Shown here: positions 47,374-57,796 of the stretch, piece by piece
Layout: the number at the start of each line of letters is the position of its first letter
How positions within the stretch are numbered: position 1 is the stretch's first letter
IMG/VR virus record: IMGVR_UViG_3300042455_000321
Coordinates: 27,068 to 91,067 of that record
Direction: 5' to 3' (one strand)
Length of the DNA: 64,000 nucleotides
Source of the DNA: a virus
Translations under genes and position numbers: made by a program
The notes under the pieces: model-generated
What the model was told of the DNA's origin: nothing
Databases searched by the model: none
The model's input: the letters and a program-made list of their open reading frames with translations, nothing else

Positions 47374-48819
47374 CTATGCTACTGCATTACCAACTTGGAT
47401 TTTAGCGAATTTGCTTGGTGCAAATACTTCTAATCCCATGTTTGAAGTCCAAGTAGTTGTTAAGTTCATCTCTTGGTTAGTAGGAGTAGGAGCAAGACCA
47501 CCAGTCATGATTTCAGCAGTTTCAGAAGAACCTTGACCAGGAGTTGGTTGAGGTAAATATCTGTAACGGAAGTAATCAACCATTCCACCACCTACAGTTT
47601 TTACTTTACCCATTGGTAAGAAGTAAGCAGATGCTTGAACAGTAGAACCAGTATAGTTCATAACTTCTTGGTTTGATAATACTTTAAACGCTTTTAAGTT
47701 GAAAGTAAATCCACCATGCATGAATTTCTCAGCTTCTAAGTCAATTTGACGACCATTAACTGTTAATACACCAGAGTTAATACCTGATTTGTAATAACCA
47801 TTAGTTGGATTTGGAGCTGTGATTGTTTGACCAGCACTTGGTAAGTTTTTCAAGAAGTCAGAAATAGTTGCAACAGTTGCATTAGAACCAGCAATCATAT
47901 ATTCAAATGGAGCACGGTTAGCAATTAATTGAGCTTCGATAGAAGTCAAATCAGCTAAAGTGAAAACATTTCTAGTTGCAGTATCACCTGTGATACCGTA
48001 GTTGCTGATATAGCTATCCATACCACGAGTAGTTTGGTAAGCATATTGTTGAGGGTCAGTTACTGCTTGACCAGCGAAAGTTGATGCAGAAGCTTCACCT
48101 AACCACATAGCCAAAGAGATATCACCACGGTGTTTTTGTAAACCTTGAATCATCTCATAAGGTAAGATGTATGGTTTTCCGTTGATTTCAATCTCAACTT
48201 TAGACATGTTTTGAACGTCAGTAATTTGCAATGCATTACGGAAAATTTGAGTTTGGTTACCCAATTTACCAACTAACCAACGACGAGCTTGTGGTCTGTC
48301 AGAACCTTCAACTTGAGCATTAGAGAATGCAGAAGCTACAGTTGCATTAGCAACAGCGAAAGAAGCACCAGTTACAGAAGCAACAGTAATTGTGTTAGAA
48401 CCATTTTTAGAAGTTACACGAACAACACCGTTTGCACAACGTAATAAGTCACCAGCTACAACGAAATCATAAGAAGCTGCATCTAAAACTAAGTTTCCAC
48501 CAGCTGCAGAAGAATAACCAGTAACAATGTTAATTGGTTTGTATAATTTGTCATTGAAGAAAGAGTAGTAAGTTGGCATAGAAGTAGCTTCTTTTTTACC
48601 AGCTAACCACATGAAATCTAACCACTCAGCGTCATCTTGAATATCTACTAATTGTTTGTAGATATCACGTTGGTCTAAAAGTGAAGTAGATTGGATTAAA
48701 GATGCAGTATTAGTACCATTTACTGTACCACCAGTTCTATTCGCGGATACGTAAGGTTTGTCGGTTGCTCCTGTAGAGCCATTGAACTGTTGTCCAGTCC
48801 AGTTATTAGTATATGCCAT
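47374..48819 (-). CDS. major capsid protein
   Basis: Follows scaffold; EGS..P, N.TQIFR, TTRGM..YI; highly biased codons. Confidence 0.85.
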   Translation of the reverse strand: MAYTNNWTGQQFNGSTGATDKPYVSANRTGGTVNGTNTASLIQSTSLLDQRDIYKQLVDIQDDAEWLDFMWLAGKKEATSMPTYYSFFNDKLYKPINIVTGYSSAAGGNLVLDAASYDFVVAGDLLRCANGVVRVTSKNGSNTITVASVTGASFAVANATVASAFSNAQVEGSDRPQARRWLVGKLGNQTQIFRNALQITDVQNMSKVEIEINGKPYILPYEMIQGLQKHRGDISLAMWLGEASASTFAGQAVTDPQQYAYQTTRGMDSYISNYGITGDTATRNVFTLADLTSIEAQLIANRAPFEYMIAGSNATVATISDFLKNLPSAGQTITAPNPTNGYYKSGINSGVLTVNGRQIDLEAEKFMHGGFTFNLKAFKVLSNQEVMNYTGSTVQASAYFLPMGKVKTVGGGMVDYFRYRYLPQPTPGQGSSETAEIMTGGLAPTPTNQEMNLTTTWTSNMGLEVFAPSKFAKIQVGNAVA

Positions 48820-48850
48820 TTTTTAGCGTTTTATTTTGTTATTTAATTTA

Positions 48851-50020
48851 TTAATATCCGAAAGGCTTACCATCTATAGATTTAATAACAAATGCATTGT
48901 TCTTTTGAGGAGCAACATATCCATCATCATTTCTAGTATTTTTTAGCTCATCAAACAATCGTTTTTCTCCTGCGCTTTTACCTGAGTTAAATAAAGCCTT
49001 TTCTACTGCTCCTGGGTTATTAGCATAAGCCCAAACCCTTTGCCATTTTGCTACATCGACTTGGCCATCGTCTTTCACAAATTTAGAAAAGAACTTTTGT
49101 TGGTCTAAGGTTTCGCCTAAGAAATCAGCACTTTTGTCAATTTCAAATCTTACTTTGTTCTCTTGGTCTCCAAACTCTACAAGTCTGCTCGTCTCGAATT
49201 GCTTGTACTCTGGAGTTTGAGTAAAGTAGTTTTTAAAATCTTCAACTTGTTTTTGTGCTTCCAATTGTTGAAGTTCTAATTGCTTTTTGAACTGCTCCAC
49301 TTCATTAGGTCTGGTAGGCGGTTGATATTCAGCTTGCTGTTGTTTTAACCCATCTCGGATATCTTGAGCAGCTAATTTCATCATTAACTTACCAGCTCTT
49401 GAATCTTCGCTATTCAAATCGCTGATGTTAAAGTCTTTCTGAAGTTTCATTTGGAATATCAAGTCTCTATCGTCTTCGCTAAGATTCTTATATTGACTAT
49501 CAATTTGCATACGAATAATGTCTGCATCACTTATTGCATCATAATCCGTATGGGTTGTAATTAGGAACTCATCTAATGCATCATTCTTGTAAGCTTCATA
49601 AAGCTTTTTAAAATAAGCATCATCTTTAACTCCTAACTTTTCAAATGGGTCGAACTCTTCAGTTTGACTTGACGCTGCTGTTTCAGCAGTATCTTGTTTA
49701 TAATTTTCAGGTACAAGTTTTAAAACACCATCATCTTGGGTTTGTTCAGCTTGAGCCTGAGGTTGTTCCTGTACTTGTTCTTGTGGTTGTTGTTCTTCAT
49801 AATATTCTTCTTGCCTGTCGTAAAGACCACCTTCAGAATTTATTGATTTAATTTTCCAACCAGAAGTTTGTTCTTGAAACTCGTTTTGCGGTTGAGATTG
49901 TTCTTGTACTTGTTCTTGTTGAATTGGTTGAGCTACTTCTTGAGGAGCTTGACTAGTTTCAACAGGAGCAGAGTTCTGAACATCTTGCTCTACTTGTTGT
50001 TCTTGTACTTGGTTTTCCAT
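48851..50020 (-). CDS. capsid scaffolding protein
   Basis: Acidic Q/E-rich, between portal and MCP. Confidence 0.75.
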   Translation of the reverse strand: MENQVQEQQVEQDVQNSAPVETSQAPQEVAQPIQQEQVQEQSQPQNEFQEQTSGWKIKSINSEGGLYDRQEEYYEEQQPQEQVQEQPQAQAEQTQDDGVLKLVPENYKQDTAETAASSQTEEFDPFEKLGVKDDAYFKKLYEAYKNDALDEFLITTHTDYDAISDADIIRMQIDSQYKNLSEDDRDLIFQMKLQKDFNISDLNSEDSRAGKLMMKLAAQDIRDGLKQQQAEYQPPTRPNEVEQFKKQLELQQLEAQKQVEDFKNYFTQTPEYKQFETSRLVEFGDQENKVRFEIDKSADFLGETLDQQKFFSKFVKDDGQVDVAKWQRVWAYANNPGAVEKALFNSGKSAGEKRLFDELKNTRNDDGYVAPQKNNAFVIKSIDGKPFGY

Positions 50021-50043
50021 ATGTTGTTTTGTGTGTGTTGATA

Positions 50044-50055
50044 ATATAATACGTT
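50044..50055 (-). promoter_or_regulatory. putative late-promoter motif
   Basis: Exact AACGTATTATAT, 23 nt before ATG 50020. Confidence 0.75.
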
Positions 50056-50059
50056 ATTA

Positions 50060-52648
50060 TTAAGCCTGTTGTAAATATTGCTCCATCATTCTTCTTCTAA
50101 TATCAGTTGGAGATTCTTCAACTTGCTCTTCTTCCATAGGCATTTCTTGTTGTTGACCCATAGCTTCTTCCATTCCCATTCCCATTTGAGCGCCTGGTTG
50201 TGCCATAGCTTGCTCTTCTGGTGTTGGTTCATCTGCAAAGTTTATATCAGCTCCACTTAAATCTAATGGCTGTCCACCTGCTGTTTCTGGTGCAACCCTA
50301 GATTCTAATTCTGCTGGAACATCAATTTCTCCCATGTTCTCCATCTTATCGTCTTGCAATAACTTAGTTTTATTATCTCTAATATTAGCTGCATCTCTTT
50401 CTTTCGCTTGAACAAATGAAGACTCAACTCTACCAGTTGCTGCAATTCTTTCTCTTTCTAAATCAAACTGACCACGTAATTCAATTAGTTTAGCTTCCAT
50501 TTCTGCTTTAGCTTGTACTAACTGAATATCAATCTGAGCTTGTAACTGAGCAGTTTGTTGTTTAGCTTGTTCAGCAGCCATTGCAGATTGCTGTTGAATC
50601 TGACCATTTTGCTGTTGCATTTGTAAAGCTTCTTGTTGTTTTCTTTCCATGTTCTTACGAACTTTATAAGCTAAGAACAATTCAGCTTGTTTTATATTCT
50701 GTATGTTGTTTAATCTAATAACATCACTAATGTCTAATTGACCTTGTTGTAATGCTACTTTAATTAACTCATCTAATTTAGCTTTTTCTTCTGCTGTAGG
50801 TTTATCAACAATAGAAATGCCAAATGTGTATTTAGTAATATCTGGAGAAACTTTTAATAAATCGACTGTTCCTCTTCCTAATGATTCAGCTATAGCATCT
50901 CCATTAGTTGTTCTAACTATATCTTGTATTCTAATGATAATAGCTTCAGATAATGACTGGGTAATTTGTTTGTCTGAATAGATAATATCGCTAAGTGCGT
51001 TATTAGTACCAGATGCTGCTAACTGAGCAACAGTAGTCAATAACTTAGGGTTAGGAGTAGAGCCATCTGTTAATTCATTTAACCCAAGTGTTTGACGTAT
51101 CATGTCAAGGTTTTGGTTAATTAAATTCCAGTATTCAGCTATAGCTCCACCTGTTCCACCTTGTAATTCTTGTATTGCTGGAGGATTTGGTCTACCATCA
51201 AATGTAGTAGAACGACTTACTAATACCCCACGTTGTAAATACAAATCAATAATATCAGATGGTTTCATTGTTTGTCCACCACCAGATAAACTAACTTCTT
51301 CTAATGCTGCTAGGTTAATGTTAAAACCTTTAGGTACAGATGTATTTAATTCATGCTGTAATCTATAGTAAGCTAATTGTATTGCATCAGCGTAAGGAAT
51401 AATAGCTTCCATACGGCTGAATGTTTTCATATCAAAAAAGTCACAAGCATTTATGTGGTAACTTGATTTAGCACGAGCCATATTAACTGGGTCGCGTTTA
51501 ATATCGTATTGCTTTCCGTAGTCAAATATGATGTCCGTACCAACAATCCATTTAGCCCTATATACACCTTGTACTTGCTTTCTTTTATATTTATCTTTCT
51601 TGTTATTATAGTCATCATATGAAGCTCTTCCAAAAATAGTATTTCCTCTTCTGTCAATTCGTTCTTCACGAACTAACTCATCAGCAGATATAATTTCTAA
51701 ATCTAAAACTTGTACTTTACCTCTATTCCAAAAGTCAGAATAACTACCATAGTAAGCATTACCTACTGGGGTAGATGGTCTCCATTGGTTTGTAGAAGCA
51801 TATTTGTAAATCATCTCAATGTCTTCATTGGTTAATTCACCATTAGACATTTGAATAACTTGCGCTACTGGAACTTCTAATATTTCTCCTGCATATCTTA
51901 AATCTCTAAAGTCAGGATATGTACAATAGCTTAATATTAATCTTCTTGGGTCAACTCTTCTAAATCCTACTAACTCACCATCTCTGTAATCTTTATATGC
52001 AGATACACCATAGTCAAACAAATCTTGTAAAGTTTGTCTGCGTTGGCTTTCATAATCATTTTGGCTAAATGTTAATTCAATTGCTTGTTCTGCTTCCATA
52101 GCAGTTTTATGACGCAGCCCAATCTCATATATTTTAATACCATCAATATCCTCTGGTTCTCCTTCTCCTGGTTGTATAGGAGCTGGTATTTCAGCTTGTT
52201 CTCCCATGACTTCTTTTTGAAGTTCTCTCATAGAGGCCTTCATCTTCATCATAGTAATTTGCTGTTCTAATTCTGTTTGTGCTAATGGGTCAATTGGGTC
52301 TATTTGAACGTCCCAATTTTGTTTTTCTAATAACCCTAAAGCTATTCTTCTAAACTTAGGAATAATAGGAAGTACCGACCAATCTACTACTAATGTGTTA
52401 TTTGTAGGGTCTTGGTCAGGAGTTAATACCTTTTTGTATCGGTCGATTGTTTGAGAACCACGCGCATAGGTTTTAACCCATTCGTATTTGTCTCGGCTTC
52501 TCCAACCTATTGAACCAAATGGAGTATCCCCATAAGCCGAATATGCAGCTCTACAATACTGTAATAAAAAAGGTTTCTCGGTTTTTCTTTTTGGGTCAAT
52601 ATTTTCGTCTGGAAAATTTACACCGACACTTGATACTATTTCTGCCAT
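50060..52648 (-). CDS. portal protein
   Basis: YARG.Q...RYK, DW..LPIIPKF, DL..YG, GLNE..DGS.P; follows TerL. Confidence 0.88.
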   Translation of the reverse strand: MAEIVSSVGVNFPDENIDPKRKTEKPFLLQYCRAAYSAYGDTPFGSIGWRSRDKYEWVKTYARGSQTIDRYKKVLTPDQDPTNNTLVVDWSVLPIIPKFRRIALGLLEKQNWDVQIDPIDPLAQTELEQQITMMKMKASMRELQKEVMGEQAEIPAPIQPGEGEPEDIDGIKIYEIGLRHKTAMEAEQAIELTFSQNDYESQRRQTLQDLFDYGVSAYKDYRDGELVGFRRVDPRRLILSYCTYPDFRDLRYAGEILEVPVAQVIQMSNGELTNEDIEMIYKYASTNQWRPSTPVGNAYYGSYSDFWNRGKVQVLDLEIISADELVREERIDRRGNTIFGRASYDDYNNKKDKYKRKQVQGVYRAKWIVGTDIIFDYGKQYDIKRDPVNMARAKSSYHINACDFFDMKTFSRMEAIIPYADAIQLAYYRLQHELNTSVPKGFNINLAALEEVSLSGGGQTMKPSDIIDLYLQRGVLVSRSTTFDGRPNPPAIQELQGGTGGAIAEYWNLINQNLDMIRQTLGLNELTDGSTPNPKLLTTVAQLAASGTNNALSDIIYSDKQITQSLSEAIIIRIQDIVRTTNGDAIAESLGRGTVDLLKVSPDITKYTFGISIVDKPTAEEKAKLDELIKVALQQGQLDISDVIRLNNIQNIKQAELFLAYKVRKNMERKQQEALQMQQQNGQIQQQSAMAAEQAKQQTAQLQAQIDIQLVQAKAEMEAKLIELRGQFDLERERIAATGRVESSFVQAKERDAANIRDNKTKLLQDDKMENMGEIDVPAELESRVAPETAGGQPLDLSGADINFADEPTPEEQAMAQPGAQMGMGMEEAMGQQQEMPMEEEQVEESPTDIRRRMMEQYLQQA

Positions 52649-52674
52649 CTCAGCAATTAAGTTTAATTTACATT

Positions 52675-52686
52675 AGATAATACGTT
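52675..52686 (-). promoter_or_regulatory. putative late-promoter motif
   Basis: AACGTATTATCT, 26 nt before the portal ATG. Confidence 0.65.
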
Positions 52687-54700
52687 ATAAATACTTCCCA
52701 AATAGGCGGTTAGTACCTTTTGACTTATAAAAACTAAAGTAGTCTTCTATCCTTTCAGTTTTAACTTCTTTTCTTTTAGGGTTAAATTGTGGGTTATACA
52801 TCATCATTAATGCATACCCTACAGCCATAGCTACGTCATACTCAGTCGTGTCATCTGGACTAAACCCTAACCAATCCTCCAGTATCTGCTCGTACCAAAT
52901 ATTATCTATGTTATCATTGATATATTGGTCCGTTAGTTCAGCTATGTATATATTGTTTGAAAGGGTAGCTGCAATACCTGGTTTATCTTTTCCTGGAACT
53001 TTAAAACAAAAGTCTGTATAACCCCTTTTTTCAAAGTAATGGAGTATCCCTGGCTTGTTGTTCTCTATAAGTGCTTGGCAACCATAATAATGAAGAGCCA
53101 TCAAACAATCCTCATAAAATACTTCTGGGCTAGGACGTGCAACATATAACAATACAGGAGCATTATCAGCATCTGTTTGTCTTAATGGATTAGACTTTTT
53201 CATTATACATAAAGCCCCATTAGACATTCTTGACTCATGACCTTTACTTACATTCACATGGTCATAAGGGTCAATACCCCCACAATACATATGTTTGTTT
53301 TGAGCAAATGCAATATCCCCTTTTCTAGTCACATTGTTAACTTGGTCAGGAAACTCTATTATCTGGAATTTACCATTTGGGTTTTCATGGAATGTAACAG
53401 TACCGTCACGTTTCATATCGTCCCATTGTAAGTTACCAGTAACTACTTTTTTCTTAGCCCACTTAAGTATATCTAACCTATCGTTTAAAAGAATAGGATT
53501 AAATACGCAAGTTGATGCATCTGTTTGAAACGCTTCTTTTTCATCTAATGGTTCTTTTCTTTTTGCAGAAGATAAAGCTCTTGGGTCATTCTGTAATGCT
53601 TTTCTTTCTTCTAATATATCCATACGCGCTAATTCTTTATTAGCGTTTCCAAATTTATCTATATGACGAGTTTCATCAGCAGGAGTAAAAAACTTATACA
53701 TACCTGACTGGGTTCTTCTTCCTTCTTTTGTATTTTGGTCAGACCCTTTCCACATCTGTAGATAAGGTTTGCCACCAGCTTCCATTTCCTCTACTGTTGT
53801 AGTATGGAGAGACTTGCCTATAATACGCCCTTCATCGTCCATTAAACAATACTTAACTACGTTCCATCTTCTATTGATATCTACAAGAGTTGTTTTACCT
53901 GCTTCATCGGCTATATAGAAACCTAGCTTCTGTCCATCATAAGCACCTTCTGTTGACGATTTAAAGTCTATTCCTGACATTAACTCTTCGCCATCTATAT
54001 CTACCTTACCACTTTGGAATTTAAGCCCTGTAGCAGGAACTTTACCTGTGTTAGGCATATCTGATACTGGCTTAAAAAAAGAAGGCAACTTTCTAAATGG
54101 GTTAACTATTGCTTTCCTAAATACCGACTTAGCATCGTCATCTGTTTTAGATTGGATACCTGTCCAAAAGTTTTCTGACCTAGTTGTTTGTTCTAATGCA
54201 ATAGCACCTGCTCTGTAGGTTTTGCCACTACGACGTTTAGTGGTTTCACATAACCCAAATGCGTTTTCATCTTCTACGGTATATTGCCATGCATAAAAGA
54301 AATCTCTATCTACCTTTCTATATTTAGGCAACCCAATATCAAGGTGATAACAAGAAAGGTAAAACCAATGTGTGCCTGTTATATAGGTAGGTTTATTATT
54401 ATTCATAAACCAATGGCCACCTATTCTACGTATCCAGCAATACTCTTTAAATTCTTTTAAATCTGGGTGGATATATCTAGGGTCTTGCTTTTGCTTTTCT
54501 GCTTCTTCTTTTTCCCATATTGGAAACTTTTCCCAACGCTTGTCTATTTCCCAATAGCAATTGTCATATTTAATTGCTCGCCTTTCAACACCTACATCTT
54601 GGTAGTCACCAGTATATGGATTGTATACATATCCTTCTTTAGGAAGGTTACATATCAACCCTTGTATGTTTTCTGATTTACCACCTACATTCTTTATCAT
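52685..54700 (-). CDS. terL: terminase large subunit
   Basis: YITG.H.FYL, KRRSGKT Walker A, DEAGK Walker B, GIDPYD, ENNK, YD.AMA. Confidence 0.93.
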   Translation of the reverse strand: MIKNVGGKSENIQGLICNLPKEGYVYNPYTGDYQDVGVERRAIKYDNCYWEIDKRWEKFPIWEKEEAEKQKQDPRYIHPDLKEFKEYCWIRRIGGHWFMNNNKPTYITGTHWFYLSCYHLDIGLPKYRKVDRDFFYAWQYTVEDENAFGLCETTKRRSGKTYRAGAIALEQTTRSENFWTGIQSKTDDDAKSVFRKAIVNPFRKLPSFFKPVSDMPNTGKVPATGLKFQSGKVDIDGEELMSGIDFKSSTEGAYDGQKLGFYIADEAGKTTLVDINRRWNVVKYCLMDDEGRIIGKSLHTTTVEEMEAGGKPYLQMWKGSDQNTKEGRRTQSGMYKFFTPADETRHIDKFGNANKELARMDILEERKALQNDPRALSSAKRKEPLDEKEAFQTDASTCVFNPILLNDRLDILKWAKKKVVTGNLQWDDMKRDGTVTFHENPNGKFQIIEFPDQVNNVTRKGDIAFAQNKHMYCGGIDPYDHVNVSKGHESRMSNGALCIMKKSNPLRQTDADNAPVLLYVARPSPEVFYEDCLMALHYYGCQALIENNKPGILHYFEKRGYTDFCFKVPGKDKPGIAATLSNNIYIAELTDQYINDNIDNIWYEQILEDWLGFSPDDTTEYDVAMAVGYALMMMYNPQFNPKRKEVKTERIEDYFSFYKSKGTNRLFGKYL

Positions 54701-55272
54701 TTCTTCTTCATTTGAGCAGCTATGTATTCTGGAGTAAATTTCCTTGACTCATCAAACTCGTCCATAGCATCGGTATCCCCAGAGAATAACTTGTTATATA
54801 ATGCCTCTATCTTATTAATCATTTCGTCCATTTGATTAATAAGTTTGTTTTTAATTTCTACTGCCTTTAATATATCTATTTCCTTGCCACCTTCCTGGTC
54901 CTCAATTCTTTTATTAACCCTTTCAGCATATTCTTCAAATGTTGCCTCTAATGAACAAATAAGCGTCCATACACGGCTATTGATAACATACCTTGTAAAG
55001 TTAAGCATCAACTCAAAGTTAGGTTTTTCTGTTAAACCTACTGTTTGCTTAGCCCATTCTTTTCTTCTAGTTATATCACTAAACTCTTTTACAGCTGGGG
55101 AGTTATAGTCATAAACCCAAGCCATGTATTGTATTTGTTTATTTATATCTTTTGTAAAGCTTTGTTTTGGCAATATATCATTTAACCTAGGATACGCAGC
55201 AATCATATCTTGGGTATTAGGGTCTATAACCATTTTAGCTATTTGCTGTTTAGTATATCTACTCATAGCCAT
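54697..55272 (-). CDS. hypothetical protein, candidate terminase small subunit
   Basis: Helical protein overlapping the terL start. Confidence 0.5.
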   Translation of the reverse strand: MAMSRYTKQQIAKMVIDPNTQDMIAAYPRLNDILPKQSFTKDINKQIQYMAWVYDYNSPAVKEFSDITRRKEWAKQTVGLTEKPNFELMLNFTRYVINSRVWTLICSLEATFEEYAERVNKRIEDQEGGKEIDILKAVEIKNKLINQMDEMINKIEALYNKLFSGDTDAMDEFDESRKFTPEYIAAQMKKK

Positions 55273-55846
55273 AGATTAATTCTGAACTTAAAATCATTCT
55301 TTCCTTTCCATCTGGGAATCTATAATACGCTCTAAATTCTTCTTTAAAATGACATATAGTTTCTTTAGGTAGCTCTAATATTCCACCATTATATAAACCA
55401 CAACCTTTTCTTTTCTTTGAACTAATACTATCAGGTATAATAATAAGAGATGATTTAGGGTTTGCTTTTTCTTCTATATCTTCTAATACAACCCATCTAC
55501 CTACTCCTTCCCAATGGTCACCAACTTTTCTAGCCAATATCATATCTTCATCAGCTTCCCAAACAACTTCCCCATCATAATACTTTACATTAAGATATGT
55601 CCTATCATCACCATTTGTAAAGAACTGAGATGTAACTAAATAATGAATAACAACTGTTTCTCCTTTCTGCAAATCAAGTTTACATCTTCTTCCAACAGAA
55701 TGGACCACACCTTCTACGGTTGACCAATCCTCATGGTTATATGAGCCATCAATAAATAACTCAAGCCCACTTTCTGTTTTGATTTTTTCTTGTAATGCGT
55801 TAGGCAAGGTTATAAAAACCTTGTTACCTATTGGGTGTTTAATCAT
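55259..55846 (-). CDS. tandem GroES-like co-chaperonin
   Basis: PIGNKVFI...KTESGL...GVVHSVG...GETV, then a second GRWVVL...SSLIIIPD...G unit. Confidence 0.72.
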   Translation of the reverse strand: MIKHPIGNKVFITLPNALQEKIKTESGLELFIDGSYNHEDWSTVEGVVHSVGRRCKLDLQKGETVVIHYLVTSQFFTNGDDRTYLNVKYYDGEVVWEADEDMILARKVGDHWEGVGRWVVLEDIEEKANPKSSLIIIPDSISSKKRKGCGLYNGGILELPKETICHFKEEFRAYYRFPDGKERMILSSELIYGYE

Positions 55847-55874
55847 TGTTGTGTGTGTTTGTGATTTGTTGTTA

Positions 55875-55910
55875 TACGCAAAGATACGGAAGTTATCCGT
55901 ATCCTGCGTA
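55875..55910. promoter_or_regulatory. inverted repeat containing a -7 box (TATCTTTG, - strand)
   Basis: TACGCA..GATACGGA-AGTTA-TCCGTATC.TGCGTA. Confidence 0.5.
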
Positions 55911-55917
55911 TTTTAAT

Positions 55918-56124
55918 TTACTTTTTCTTAGCCATTGCCTTTCTTCCAGCCATAGCTTTTTTCATCATTCCAGCTTTGCCGTACTTTTTCATTCCGACTT
56001 TAGCTGCGATTGCTTTACCAATCTCTTTTGCTTTCTCTGCTGATTTACCTTTTTTCATGTACTCTTTAGCAGCGCCTTTAGCTAAGGCTTTGAATCCGAC
56101 TTTCATTTCTTTTTTCTTTTCCAT
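55918..56124 (-). CDS. small Lys/Ala-rich basic protein
   Basis: F..LAK....GKS.E.AK.I...AAKVG.KKYGK; start uncertain. Confidence 0.6.
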   Translation of the reverse strand: MEKKKEMKVGFKALAKGAAKEYMKKGKSAEKAKEIGKAIAAKVGMKKYGKAGMMKKAMAGRKAMAKKK

Positions 56125-56228
56125 ATTATTTACCTTGACCCCTATAAGTTTTAGGACGGGGTGTATGTTTATTATACGTTTTTTTTGGACTTCCTTTTTT
56201 TCTTCTTCCAAAATTTACTTTGTTTGAA

Positions 56229-57059
56229 TTACTTATTTGTTTTGCCACCTTTCATTGATTTAAAAATTTTCATTAATTGCTCTTTGGTGTGTTGTACTGG
56301 TGCGTTAGGATTAATATATGTTTTAGCAATATCTGCTAATTCTGGGTTCTTCTTAATTACATTCTCTCTCAAGTCTATAATCTGTTTACCATACAAAGGG
56401 TTTTTTTTCATATCAATCCCTTCTTCTGGTAAATCAACTCCATATATCTTAGCCATATTGTATCCATGATAACCTGCATCTGATTGTGGGTATATTCTAC
56501 CTAACCCATTATATGCTTGTATTTGTTGAGCTTCATCATTTAAACCTAATCTTTCAGCTACACCTTTCTTTTCCATCAATGCTCTAACTAACATATCAGC
56601 AGAATACTTTTTTTGATATTCATCAAAATCTTTTTTCTTTTCTGCTTCAGTTAACTTAGGAAGTTTAGATTCAATTGATGTAGGCACATCTTGTATATGG
56701 CCCAAATTAAAATCTTTATTACCTAATTGGCTTTCTTGTAAAGCTACAGCCAATGCAGTATATGGGTCATAGTTATATCTTTTAGCTGCATCTAATACAT
56801 GCTGAACTACATCTCTATTAAATTCACCTGATACTAAATCTTTATTAGGGTTAATTTCTTTTTGAGTAGTTGCTCTAACCTTTCTTAAATCTTCAATAGA
56901 TATTTTACCTTTCCCTAAAGGTTTAGATTCTGGGGCTTTAGCCAATTCATATACAGGGGTATCTACTTCTGTAGAACTAATATCTATTGTTCCAAGACTT
57001 GGCTTTGGCATATTTTTTAATAGTGCCTTTATTTGTTTAGGTGTTAACTTTGTTGCCAT
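56229..57059 (-). CDS. lytic transglycosylase (SLT-like) domain protein
   Basis: AAKRY..DP....AVA.QES and AYNG motifs. Confidence 0.68.
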   Translation of the reverse strand: MATKLTPKQIKALLKNMPKPSLGTIDISSTEVDTPVYELAKAPESKPLGKGKISIEDLRKVRATTQKEINPNKDLVSGEFNRDVVQHVLDAAKRYNYDPYTALAVALQESQLGNKDFNLGHIQDVPTSIESKLPKLTEAEKKKDFDEYQKKYSADMLVRALMEKKGVAERLGLNDEAQQIQAYNGLGRIYPQSDAGYHGYNMAKIYGVDLPEEGIDMKKNPLYGKQIIDLRENVIKKNPELADIAKTYINPNAPVQHTKEQLMKIFKSMKGGKTNK

Positions 57060-57252
57060 TTAAATTTAATGTATGGTTTGTACTAAGTTGAATATCATTT
57101 GAATCGTAATGGCGAACTCTTCCATCGTTCTTATTTGCCACCACCCATATTGTGTTTTGATGTATTCCATAGTCTATAATTAAGATTGCGATACCTTCTC
57201 CATGGGGAGTATCAACCCATATAGTAGATTGAAACTCGTGGATAGCCGTCAT
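57037..57252 (-). CDS. hypothetical protein
   Basis: TP.G.G.A..IDYG...N..WV motif. Confidence 0.7.
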   Translation of the reverse strand: MTAIHEFQSTIWVDTPHGEGIAILIIDYGIHQNTIWVVANKNDGRVRHYDSNDIQLSTNHTLNLNGNKVNT

Positions 57253-57255
57253 ATT

Positions 57256-57525
57256 TTACCATTTAACTTTGTTAGCCCAATAAGCAGCGCTCATTTTACC
57301 TTTATTAATATTCTTAGCATGACGAGCTTTAAAAGATGCTCTTCTTGCTTTTTCAGAAGCAGTCTTAGGAGCTTTACCAGCACCACTAACACCTTGTTGT
57401 CCAAAGCGGATAAGCTTAACCTTAGTGCCTTCTTTTGCTAATACAGCGTGGCTTTTCTTTGGGTGGTTTGGAGTTCTTTTAGGTTTGTTATAACCTGCAA
57501 ACTTTTCTTTTCCTTTATTAATCAT
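57256..57525 (-). CDS. small basic conserved phage protein
   Basis: NKPKRTP.HPKKSH.V, KLIRFGQQG, RR.SF.ARH, AYWA.K.KW. Confidence 0.72.
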   Translation of the reverse strand: MINKGKEKFAGYNKPKRTPNHPKKSHAVLAKEGTKVKLIRFGQQGVSGAGKAPKTASEKARRASFKARHAKNINKGKMSAAYWANKVKW

Positions 57526-57526
57526 C

Positions 57527-57796
57527 TTATCTAAATTTTTTAGTTTTTTGTTTAATTGATTTAGGTTGGGATACAAACTGTTTTCCTTTCTTTGTACCTT
57601 CTGCCTTTGCTTTATTAGTTGCAGCCTTTTCTCCTTTACTTAAAGAAGACCAAGCTTTCTCTGGTAAGTATCTTTTCTTTCCTTCCGACTTTACTTCTTT
57701 AGATGAACCTTTTTTATTATTGGCATGAGTACCAGATGTCATCCACTTTTGTTCTGTCCAATCCTTTAAGGACTTTTGTGATTTTGCTATAGCCAT
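57527..57796 (-). CDS. small basic protein (DUF5872-like, C-terminal half)
   Basis: QKSLKDW..QKW.T, RYLP..AW..LS..E..ATN..K, GKQFV. Confidence 0.68.
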   Translation of the reverse strand: MAIAKSQKSLKDWTEQKWMTSGTHANNKKGSSKEVKSEGKKRYLPEKAWSSLSKGEKAATNKAKAEGTKKGKQFVSQPKSIKQKTKKFR

